From assembly GCF_019703835.1 (NCBI RefSeq), contig NZ_AP023054.1, positions 2,021,580-2,045,579 on the forward strand: a stretch of 24,000 nucleotides of DNA, written 5' to 3'. Below, piece after piece: positions 16,828 through 24,000 of the stretch. The stretch is from Thaumasiovibrio subtropicus (GTDB lineage: Bacteria; Pseudomonadota; Gammaproteobacteria; Enterobacterales; Vibrionaceae). A model generated the notes under the pieces. The model was not told where the DNA came from and ran no database searches. It saw only the letters and a program-made list of their open reading frames with translations. The translations under genes and the position numbers were made by a program. Within the stretch, counting starts at the first letter, position 1. Every line of letters starts with the position of its first letter.

Positions 16828-17682
16828 ATGACGCCCCTCTCAACCTCTGCCCTAGCCAAAAAGCGGGGTACCCAAGCGAAAGCACTTTTTGATGAGTTGA
16901 CTCAAGCAGGATTTGTTATCCGCGAAAATGATGCATGGGTATTAACGAATGCGGGAAGTCAAGCTGGGGGTGAGTACAAAGAGAGCCCCAAGTACGGCAG
17001 ATATATCGTTTGGCCTGAAGACGTCGAGATAAAACCCGCAGGTAAATTACTCACTGCGTCAAAGCTCGGCGAAGCGCTCAACATTAGTGCCCGCACACTT
17101 AACCAGTTACTGGACGAGTTAGGCTGGATTAATAAGGCGGTAAAAGGTTGGAAGGTGACGGATGCTGGCAAGCGCGTTGGCGGGGTCCAGAAAGAAGACA
17201 ACCGTTCGGGCATTCCCTATGTGGCTTGGAACGAATCGATTCTGTCCAGTAAAGCCCTGACCGATTCAGTGAAGCAATTTCTTGGGGTCGAAGCAGAAGC
17301 GACCTCAACCGATAACTCTATCTCGAGTTTTAGACAAAAGTTCGAAGCTAAACATCGATCTACGGATGGTCACTACGTCCGCTCTAAAGCCGAGATGTTG
17401 ATTGATAACTGGCTCTACATGGCTGGCCTTGTCCACGCTTATGAGCGCAAGCTCCCCGTGGAAGAAGATGTCTACTGTGATTTTTACCTCCCCGCAGGAA
17501 AAATCTATATCGAGTTTTGGGGCTTAGAAAATGACCCCAAATACGCCGATAGGAAAAAGATAAAGCAAGACATCTACAAAAAGTACAACTTTAATTTGAT
17601 TGAATTGAATGACGATGACGTCCAAAACCTCGATGACATTTTGCCGAGGCTATTGCTTAAGTTTGACGTTACCGCCTATTAG
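16828..17682 (+). CDS. Hypothetical protein: two tandem HTH-like repeats plus a C-terminal PD-(D/E)xK (restriction-endonuclease-like) module
   Basis: Repeat 1 is aa 4-62 and repeat 2 is aa 74-134. They share L.(T/A)S.L....A..L...L...G(F/W)...W.(L/V)T.AG...GG..KE...Y(I/V).W. The C-terminus is SKAEMLIDNWLYMAGLVHAYERKL...YCDFYLPAGKIYIEFWGLE...KKIKQDIYKKYNFNLIEL. This matches the S..E...PDFYLP..IYIE(H/Y/F)(F/W)G module I recall from N-termini of helicase IV/UvrD-like proteins. Confidence 0.6.
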   Translation: MTPLSTSALAKKRGTQAKALFDELTQAGFVIRENDAWVLTNAGSQAGGEYKESPKYGRYIVWPEDVEIKPAGKLLTASKLGEALNISARTLNQLLDELGWINKAVKGWKVTDAGKRVGGVQKEDNRSGIPYVAWNESILSSKALTDSVKQFLGVEAEATSTDNSISSFRQKFEAKHRSTDGHYVRSKAEMLIDNWLYMAGLVHAYERKLPVEEDVYCDFYLPAGKIYIEFWGLENDPKYADRKKIKQDIYKKYNFNLIELNDDDVQNLDDILPRLLLKFDVTAY

Positions 17683-17787
17683 TTAAGTCTTCGCGCCGCG
17701 CGCTCTGTACAATCTCGCCGTCATATCCATAGTGGGACAAGGTAGAGATTGGTTTTCAATCGCTGCGCCAAGACAGGATATTGAACC

Positions 17788-19554
17788 ATGAAAAAACGCA
17801 TTTTTTGGAGTGCCACCGCACTCTGTATAGCCGCACTTAGCGGCCCTTCGTCGTTGGCACAAAACAGTCCGCACGCTGCCCCCGCGTGGCAGTATGTGGA
17901 AGCCTTTTCTGTAGAGCCTCTTGCAATTGAGTCGGCACTCGACCATATCATCAAGAGTAATGGCACCTCACCCAGCTTTGATGATCTGATGTCGATTTCT
18001 AATCAGGTTACAGAATCCCATATTAAGGATACGTACTTCGTCTTAGCGCTCTTTAGTGCGGCAGTCTCTCAACAAGAGTCAAAAGCCATTGCGGCTTTGG
18101 CTCACTATCAGCCAGAAGCCACCTACATGGACAATCTGTCTGAGTTACATATTGAAGAATTGGTTTTATCCGCCAGCTATAGTTGGCTAGTGAATAACCG
18201 CGTCTTTACCGTACCTACCAGCATGATGAGAACCATGCCGTCTTTAATTGCAGAAAGCACGCCCACCTGGGGATCCAACAGAGATGGTTATTTCAATATC
18301 GCCACACCCGAAGATTGGCAAGGGTTTAACAGCGACACATATCAAACATGGCGAACACTGCTTGATGACATCGAAAGCCCAGCGAAAGATCTTTATCACG
18401 GCTCGATTCGTCAGGCGCGATTTAAACAAGAGCGCATTTACCACGCGTTATTAACCATGGCACCTGAGCACCTTAAGCGCGAATATGCCACGCATTTCGA
18501 AGCACAAGCCGACCTCCCTGTCAGTCAGTCAAGGCTCGATTGGATGAGCCTTTGGCAATATCACGGCGCTTATGAGTTTCATAAAGTCGAAGCCTATCGA
18601 AAAGCAAAAACAGCACTGGTGCAGTCGCTTACGCCACAACTTGCGCAAATTCATAACATCGCGTCCAATGAAGCCCGCACCTTGGCGGATACTTTCATTC
18701 ATTTGATGGAGTCTCGGTTTATATTTCACCCCCGTCACGAAATCCAATACAACGCGATGGTGGATTTAATCGAAGCGCGTGGTTGGGTCGGTGTGGTCAA
18801 CACCCCTGACGTGTTTGATGAATATCAGCGCATTGAGCAGTTAAAATTCTTGGGCGGTTACTTACTCATCAATGCCTATCAAGCCTCTGAGGTCGATATT
18901 CCTTCACCTATGGCGATTGCCACCGCGGTGCAAACCTCAACCGAGCCAACAAGCAGCGCCGCTGCCAGCACCCAACCTGATACACAAATGGCGCAAAGTA
19001 CACTCCCGCCCGTACCTTACCACTATGATGTCAAAGCCTACCTAAAGTGGCTAACTAACAATCACGCCGATATTGCGGCACAAGAAATCATTAATATGGC
19101 GGTGACACTCGGTGGCTCCGAATACCAATTAATAGACGAGCTTAAGACTCTACCCAGCCAATGGGGCACTTTTAATAAAACCCCCCTTATGTATGCCGCA
19201 CAATATAATCATCTACCCGCGGTTGAATACTTGGTAACGCACTACCCGCAACTCGCCACCGCGACCACCACGGCGAACAACTTGCTGGAAGAGGACACAA
19301 TTTACCAATACTACGCTTGGGGCTATGAGCCGCCAAAGATAGCCAATCGTTCTGTGATTACCTATGGATTTGAAAACGGTAGTCTCGATATGATCGAGTG
19401 GTTGCAACAACATGTCCCGCCTACCGTTCAATCTCAGTCGGACAGTGCTGGCCGTAGCGCAAAAGATTATCTACAACTCAATGACCGCTTAAGCGATGCA
19501 CAACGGGACAGCATCATTTTTCCAACCACGCCAGCCTCTCACAAAGTGCAATAA
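17788..19554 (+). CDS. Secreted/periplasmic hypothetical protein with C-terminal ankyrin-like repeats
   Basis: Signal peptide MKKRIFWSATALCIAALSGPSSLA|QN. S/T/A/P-rich linker TAVQTSTEPTSSAAASTQPDTQ. ANK-like motifs NKTPLMYAAQYNHLPAVEYLVTHYP and NRSVITYGFENGSLDMIEWLQQHV. The N-terminal ~370 aa were not recognised. Confidence 0.65.
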   Translation: MKKRIFWSATALCIAALSGPSSLAQNSPHAAPAWQYVEAFSVEPLAIESALDHIIKSNGTSPSFDDLMSISNQVTESHIKDTYFVLALFSAAVSQQESKAIAALAHYQPEATYMDNLSELHIEELVLSASYSWLVNNRVFTVPTSMMRTMPSLIAESTPTWGSNRDGYFNIATPEDWQGFNSDTYQTWRTLLDDIESPAKDLYHGSIRQARFKQERIYHALLTMAPEHLKREYATHFEAQADLPVSQSRLDWMSLWQYHGAYEFHKVEAYRKAKTALVQSLTPQLAQIHNIASNEARTLADTFIHLMESRFIFHPRHEIQYNAMVDLIEARGWVGVVNTPDVFDEYQRIEQLKFLGGYLLINAYQASEVDIPSPMAIATAVQTSTEPTSSAAASTQPDTQMAQSTLPPVPYHYDVKAYLKWLTNNHADIAAQEIINMAVTLGGSEYQLIDELKTLPSQWGTFNKTPLMYAAQYNHLPAVEYLVTHYPQLATATTTANNLLEEDTIYQYYAWGYEPPKIANRSVITYGFENGSLDMIEWLQQHVPPTVQSQSDSAGRSAKDYLQLNDRLSDAQRDSIIFPTTPASHKVQ

Positions 19555-19566
19555 ACTTCTGCCTCT

Positions 19567-19607
19567 GAACGCCATGACGCATCCTGTCATGGCGTTCACC
19601 CTTTTTC
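19567..19607 (+). terminator. Rho-independent terminator of the 588-aa gene
   Basis: 12-bp stem GAACGCCATGAC (19567-19578) / GTCATGGCGTTC (19586-19597), loop GCATCCT, then ACCCTTTTT. Confidence 0.85.
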
Positions 19608-19682
19608 ACAACTCGCCTCTTTTCATACTGCGCAGCTTTCATAACTCTGTGTAGCGGATTCAAATTTTCATTTGCAACAAAA

Positions 19683-19710
19683 TTGACACACCCGACAATC
19701 GAATTACTAT
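19683..19710 (+). promoter_or_regulatory. Putative sigma70 promoter for serC
   Basis: TTGACA (19683-19688), 16 nt spacer, TACTAT (19705-19710). This implies an AT-rich 5' leader of about 155 nt before the ATG at 19873. Confidence 0.4.
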
Positions 19711-19872
19711 GCTAAATTCTAATCAATAAGCCCATATTAAACAGATGGTTATACTTTCAAATTGAATTATTATTTATTTAATTTGTGATTTTAGGCTTTG
19801 TAAAAGTCATTCTACTACCTTCTCGTTGGCTTTAAGGAAAATGTGTTTAGAAATTGGAATTCAGGAAGAGAT

Positions 19873-20988
19873 ATGACTCCAGAAGTAAAACCGCAAAACC
19901 CCAACTTTTCTTCAGGCCCTTGTTCGAAACGACCTGGGTATGACCTTCAAAAACTCAATACCGAGACATTAGGACGCTCTCACCGAGCCGCTGTCGGCAA
20001 AGCTGCGCTTAAAAAAGCCATTGACGATACAAAAACCTTGCTCGATCTTCCAGAAGACTATCTGGTTGGTATCGTGCCCGCCTCCGATACGGGCGCCATG
20101 GAAATGGCACTGTGGAACCTGCTTGGACCTAAGCCAGTCGACGTCTGCGCGTGGGAGTCATTTGGTAAAGAGTGGCTCACCGACATTACCAAGCAGCTTA
20201 AACTCGATAATGTACGCACATTTGAAGCGGGTTATGGTGAACTTCCCGATCTAAGTCAAACCAACCCAGATCACGACATTGTCTTTACATGGAACGGCAC
20301 CACCTCTGGTGTCAAAGTGCCTGACGGCGATTGGATTAAGGATGATCGTCAGGGGCTGACCATTTGTGACGCAACCTCGGCGGTCTTTGCGATGCCAATG
20401 CCGTGGGAAAAACTCGACGTCATTACCTTTAGTTGGCAAAAAGTGCTCGGCGGCGAAGGCGCACATGGCGTGCTTATCTTAAGCCCTCGCGCGGTAGCTC
20501 GCTTAGAAAGCTATCAACCTAGCTGGCCCTTGCCCAAGATCTTCCGCCTCACCAAGGCTGGTAAGTTGATCAATGGCATCTTTGAAGGTGCAACCATCAA
20601 TACACCGTCCATGCTGTGTGTCGCGGATTACCAAGACGCCCTCGATTGGGTAGAGGCTATCGGTGGGACAGACAAAGCGATAGAGAAATCAGAAGCTAAC
20701 TTAGCCGTGTTGAGTAAATTTGTCACCGACACACCATGGATCGATTTCCTTGCCCAATCGCCAGAAACGCGTTCCAACACCAGTGTGTGCTTCAGCCTCA
20801 AGCTAGATGACTACGAAACAAAACAGTTTATCAAGCTGCTTGCTGATGCGGGTGTCGCCTATGATATTGGCGCTTACCGAGATGCGCCTGCTGGTTTACG
20901 TATTTGGTGTGGCAGCACAGTTGAAGCCAGTGACTTAACAGCACTCCTTCCTTGGCTAGACTGGGCTTATGCACAAGTCGCACGATAA
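19873..20988 (+). CDS. serC: Phosphoserine aminotransferase, non-enterobacterial (alpha-proteobacterial/Methanosarcina-type) SerC
   Basis: Class-V aminotransferase fold. The N-terminus [18 protein letters not shown] is characteristic of the ~370-aa SerC subtype, unlike the E. coli-type FNFSSGPAMLP. AGGAAG precedes the ATG at 19873 (track start 19843 is less likely). Confidence 0.8.
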   Translation: MTPEVKPQNPNFSSGPCSKRPGYDLQKLNTETLGRSHRAAVGKAALKKAIDDTKTLLDLPEDYLVGIVPASDTGAMEMALWNLLGPKPVDVCAWESFGKEWLTDITKQLKLDNVRTFEAGYGELPDLSQTNPDHDIVFTWNGTTSGVKVPDGDWIKDDRQGLTICDATSAVFAMPMPWEKLDVITFSWQKVLGGEGAHGVLILSPRAVARLESYQPSWPLPKIFRLTKAGKLINGIFEGATINTPSMLCVADYQDALDWVEAIGGTDKAIEKSEANLAVLSKFVTDTPWIDFLAQSPETRSNTSVCFSLKLDDYETKQFIKLLADAGVAYDIGAYRDAPAGLRIWCGSTVEASDLTALLPWLDWAYAQVAR

Positions 20989-21000
20989 TAACAATTTCAT

Positions 21001-21027
21001 CAGCGCCCTATGAGGCGCTGTTTTTTT
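21001..21027 (+). terminator. Rho-independent terminator between serC and serA
   Basis: CAGCGCC (21001-21007) / GGCGCTG (21014-21020), loop CTATGA, then seven Ts (21021-27). It starts 13 bp after the serC stop. Confidence 0.8.
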
Positions 21028-21069
21028 GCTTGCAAACAGCAACATCCAAACGAAACACAAGGACGTGAA

Positions 21070-22257
21070 ATGTACAACATCCAAACATATAACCAAATTT
21101 CTCCACTTGGCCTCAACAAGCTAGAGCCTGAGCTATTCAATGTCAGCGATAGCCATCAGCAGGCTAATGGCATCATCTTGCGATCACACAAGCTACTTGC
21201 CGAAGAGTGTGCGAGCGACCTTCTTGCGATTGCGCGTGCAGGGGCAGGCACAAACAACGTCCCGGTTGACCATTGCACCCAACAAGGCACAGTAGTTTTT
21301 AATACCCCCGGCGCAAACGCCAATGCGGTCAAAGAGTTGGTGATCACTGCCCTGCTCTTAGGCTGCCGCGGTATTGCTGAAGGCATGCAGTACGTTAGCC
21401 AGATGGATCCTAGTCAGGATAAAGCGGTCTTCAACAAAGATGTAGAAGCACAGAAAAAACGCTTCAAAGGCGTCGAACTCAAAGGAAAAACACTCGGTGT
21501 TATCGGGTTAGGCGCCATCGGTGCCAATGTGGCGTCGTGCTGCTTAGAGTTAGGCATGAACGTACTGGGTTACGATCCTGCCATCTCTGTCGATGCGGCA
21601 TGGCGACTCCCCAGCGCTGTCACTAAGATGGAAAGCCTCGAAGCCCTATTAAAAGAAGCGGATTTTATCACCCTTCATGTGCCGGCTATCCCAAGTACCA
21701 TTGGTCTGATTAATGAAGAAAGCTTACACAAGGTGAAACAAGGCGCAGTGTTGGTCAACTTTGCCCGTAACGAAATTGTCGATGTCCAAGCGATCAGCGG
21801 TGCACTCGAAGCGGGAATCGTCAGCAAATATATCAGCGACTTCCCGGTTGCCGAACTGCTAAACCACCCTAAAGTGCTACTTATGCCTCACCTTGGTGCC
21901 AGCACACAAGAAGCCGAGAACAATTGTGCGGTCATGGCCGCCGATCAAATGCGCGATTTTCTGTTACACGGCAACATCAAAAACTCCGTCAACTTCCCTA
22001 ACACCGCCCTCTCACTCAGTACAGGCCATCGGATTACGTTTTGTAATCAAAACGTACCCGGCGTACTTGGGGATGTGATGAGTATCCTTGCCGATGAAAA
22101 AATCAATGTCGCCGATATGATCAACAAAAGTCATGACAACATCGCCTACAGCATCCTCGATATCGAGTCTCCACTGTCTGACGCAGTGAAAGCTCGTATT
22201 GAAGCGATCGATGCTGTTATAAAAATGCGCTATATCGAGACAGCAACACGCGGTTAA
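21070..22257 (+). CDS. serA: D-3-phosphoglycerate dehydrogenase with C-terminal ACT domain
   Basis: D-isomer 2-hydroxyacid dehydrogenase motifs: GKTLGVIGLGAIGANVA, ITLHVP, LVNFARNEIVD, PHLGAST. ACT-like C-terminus HRITFCNQNVPGVLGDVMSILADEKINVADMIN. AAGGA precedes the ATG at 21070. The track's upstream extension (21010) overlaps the terminator hairpin. Confidence 0.9.
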   Translation: MYNIQTYNQISPLGLNKLEPELFNVSDSHQQANGIILRSHKLLAEECASDLLAIARAGAGTNNVPVDHCTQQGTVVFNTPGANANAVKELVITALLLGCRGIAEGMQYVSQMDPSQDKAVFNKDVEAQKKRFKGVELKGKTLGVIGLGAIGANVASCCLELGMNVLGYDPAISVDAAWRLPSAVTKMESLEALLKEADFITLHVPAIPSTIGLINEESLHKVKQGAVLVNFARNEIVDVQAISGALEAGIVSKYISDFPVAELLNHPKVLLMPHLGASTQEAENNCAVMAADQMRDFLLHGNIKNSVNFPNTALSLSTGHRITFCNQNVPGVLGDVMSILADEKINVADMINKSHDNIAYSILDIESPLSDAVKARIEAIDAVIKMRYIETATRG

Positions 22258-22286
22258 CCCCTTATTCAGGGGTAAGAATCGACGCA

Positions 22287-22309
22287 GAGCCACCTTTCAA
22301 CGGTGGCTC
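22287..22309 (+). terminator. Hairpin downstream of serA (weak terminator candidate)
   Basis: GAGCCACC (22287-22294) / GGTGGCTC (22302-22309) with loop TTTCAAC. No strong T-run follows. Confidence 0.4.
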
Positions 22310-22387
22310 ACATTACAAAATCTTACAGCCTAGAGCCTCGCCCATCTGGTACGTTGTGTACTCACGTTAACGCAAACCGAGGCATTC

Positions 22388-22885
22388 ATGGTATTACCCC
22401 CTGCGTCGTTACTGAACGAAAATATCGCCACCGCCTATTTTTATGACACCTTCAGTGTTAACGCGGTTTATCAAGGTGAAACCGCTTTGGATTACTACCT
22501 AACAATGGCTCGGCGTATCCCGTATTGGGTCAACCAAATGATGGCGTTACGTAATTGGGTTGTCAGTCACTTAGGATTGAAACATCTCGGCGCACTTGAT
22601 GATATAGACTTCGATAAAGCGGCAACGGATTATTCGAAAGGCGATAAAGTAGGTATTTTCACCGTCGTTAAAAACAGTGTATCTGAAGTGGTGTTAGAGG
22701 ACAGGGATAAACACCTAAATGTACGCGTTTCTTTTCTGATTGAACCGGAGGGAGACACTTCCGTGGTGCACGCTTCAACATCGGTTCATGTCAATAATGA
22801 TCTTGGCAAAATCTACATGCTCTTTGTTGAGCCAATGCATAAAATCATCGTACCCCGCTCACTAAAAAACATCGCCATTGAGTAA
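22388..22885 (+). CDS. Small hypothetical protein, DUF2867-like (tentative)
   Basis: 165 aa. The N-terminal ...YFYDTFSV... and the overall alpha/beta pattern recall DUF2867 proteins. This is from memory only and is not verified. Confidence 0.5.
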   Translation: MVLPPASLLNENIATAYFYDTFSVNAVYQGETALDYYLTMARRIPYWVNQMMALRNWVVSHLGLKHLGALDDIDFDKAATDYSKGDKVGIFTVVKNSVSEVVLEDRDKHLNVRVSFLIEPEGDTSVVHASTSVHVNNDLGKIYMLFVEPMHKIIVPRSLKNIAIE

Positions 22886-22888
22886 CAT

Positions 22889-22917
22889 TCCCGGCACTAG
22901 GCCGGGAGTGTTCGTTT
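22889..22917 (+). terminator. Hairpin terminator candidate after the DUF2867-like gene
   Basis: TCCCGGC (22889-22895) / GCCGGGA (22901-22907), loop ACTAG, then GTGTTCGTTT. Confidence 0.5.
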
Positions 22918-23009
22918 ACAGAAAGTAAAATTGGCAATCCGCTACAATACGTATTGATATCTAGTTTCCACTTCTTGAACCAGATCGCTGAGAGCCACAA
23001 TCAGCACTT

Positions 23010-23534
23010 TCAATTATAGTACAATCTTATTGCATCTATCATTAACAGAGTAATAGCTAATTCTTCGCTGATTAGCTGTTCGTCATACTCCACCTCAATG
23101 TATTCGGGCGGCTCTTCGTACTCACACTTTTTAATGTACTTGCACGAAAACCAATACCAAAAACGGAATCCAGTTCGAATTCGGCCCGCATACTGGCCAT
23201 CAAAAAAAACATTCTTTTGTCTATCGTTTCTTTCAAAGCGCAATACATGATTATCCCGTAATAGTAATTCAGAATAAGAAAAGCCCAACTTCATCCGACC
23301 CTTCATATCTTGACCATCAAAAAAACGCCAAATCCCACCACTAACTATATCCGCCACGAGCCTCATTTCCTTATAAATGTAAAACTCACCACCCGCATCT
23401 ATCAAGGTATAACAACTCGGTATACCGGGTATTTTATAATAGGAAGAACACCAAGGACTTAAAGGCAGAAAGCTCTTATCTGGCTTACTATCAATGTACT
23501 CATAAAGAGGCTGTGTCATTTCCAGTTTTTTCAT
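23010..23534 (-). CDS. Hypothetical protein (paralog A) in an AT-rich segment
   Basis: 174 aa with no recognised domain. It shares ...RF(F/Y)DG...G(Q/K).A(G/A)R...(V/L)EYDE(Q/N)LI(S/E)E..A(I/V).LL... with the upstream ORF. Confidence 0.55.
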   Translation of the reverse strand: MKKLEMTQPLYEYIDSKPDKSFLPLSPWCSSYYKIPGIPSCYTLIDAGGEFYIYKEMRLVADIVSGGIWRFFDGQDMKGRMKLGFSYSELLLRDNHVLRFERNDRQKNVFFDGQYAGRIRTGFRFWYWFSCKYIKKCEYEEPPEYIEVEYDEQLISEELAITLLMIDAIRLYYN

Positions 23535-23660
23535 CTACTCTCGCGCTTCGCCCCCGAAGAAATTGCATGCAGTTCCTTCTCAGCGAGTGAAGGAATTCTT
23601 TAGCAGATATATATGTGAGAAATCTTCTTTATGAACTAATGCAACGTAATAAATCTATTT

Positions 23661-24000
23661 TTAAGATGTACATAAACTGCTTGAAGCTAGCAGCAAAGCA
23701 ACTGCATACTTTTCTTCTATCAAATTTTCATCATATTCTAACGCTGCATAGTTTGCCAAAATCTCCCAACGTCCTGTTTTAATAAAATTCAAAAATTCTC
23801 TAACAATACCCCCTACAACGTAATAACGAGCAGCTATTTTTCCATTATAAGCATATGTTCCAACCTCAACATACTTTAACTCTATTGTCTTTCCCTGCTT
23901 ACTAAGAACACTCCATCCAAAGTCATGTCTGTTTCTATAAAAAGATTTCATTGTACCATCGTAAAATCGAATTTTATCCTCTCCTACTACAGCCAACTCC
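23661..24000 (-). CDS. Hypothetical protein (paralog B), 5'-truncated by the window edge
   Basis: The ORF is open to the window end. Its first in-window residues align to residue ~65 onward of paralog A, so the real start lies beyond 24000. Confidence 0.5.
   Translation of the reverse strand, partial: ELAVVGEDKIRFYDGTMKSFYRNRHDFGWSVLSKQGKTIELKYVEVGTYAYNGKIAARYYVVGGIVREFLNFIKTGRWEILANYAALEYDENLIEEKYAVALLLASSSLCTS

Noticed and set aside
17683-17966. Two minus-strand ORFs (87 and 81 aa) overlapping the start of the 588-aa gene
   Set aside because: They are antisense to a gene with a clear signal peptide and span an intergenic region. The translations are Cys/Arg-rich nonsense.
21010-21069. Upstream extension of the serA ORF (MRRCFFACKQQ...)
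   Set aside because: It overlaps the serC terminator hairpin and T-tract. The ATG at 21070 has a proper AAGGA RBS and a typical SerA N-terminus.
22900-23660. Possibility that the tandem small genes are superintegron cassettes flanked by attC/VCR sites
   Set aside because: I could not find VCR-like ~120-bp imperfect inverted repeats or the GTTRRRY core in either spacer (22900-23010 and 23535-23660). Only short generic hairpins are present.
1-24000. tRNA/rRNA genes, CRISPR arrays, IS elements, integrases
   Set aside because: I saw no T-loop GGTTCGAATCC-type motifs, no regularly spaced direct repeats, and no transposase or recombinase-like ORFs on either strand.

Overview
This window looks like a gamma-proteobacterial chromosome, Vibrionaceae-like by gene content and mid-40s %GC; that assignment is an impression, since no search was run. 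It has about 15 credible protein genes and no rRNA, tRNA, CRISPR array, transposase or integrase that I could see.

Genes in order:
- A possible 3' end of a membrane-protein gene.
- A MocR-type (GntR HTH + aminotransferase fold) regulator, divergent from a DHDPS/NAL-family aldolase.
- A secreted GH19 chitinase with two CBM5/12-like modules and a (PPVTE)n linker.
- A two-gene minus-strand operon: an unusually long glutamate-synthase large-subunit homolog (about 1840 aa) followed 30 bp later by a CysJ-like diflavin (FMN/FAD/NADPH) reductase. No gltD-type small subunit is present.
- A 500-bp AT-rich control region containing a Fur-box-like palindrome and an orphan terminator-like hairpin.
- A divergent LuxR-family 'solo' regulator, then a lipoprotein with an internal domain duplication.
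- A minus-strand pair: a BacNaV-type voltage-gated cation channel and a GNAT acetyltransferase.
- A protein with two HTH-like repeats plus a PD-(D/E)xK-like nuclease module.
- A secreted 588-aa protein with C-terminal ankyrin-like repeats.
- A non-enterobacterial-type serC, then a strong terminator, then serA.
- A small DUF2867-like protein.
- A visibly AT-richer tail with two tandem paralogous hypothetical genes; the second runs off the window.

The best candidate for something undescribed is the gltB-like/cysJ-like operon. I read it as a glutamate synthase whose Fe-S-rich GltD partner is replaced by an iron-free diflavin reductase. The alpha subunit carries lineage-specific additions, and a Fur-like operator lies upstream, which suggests an iron-sparing isozyme. 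This is inference from sequence only.
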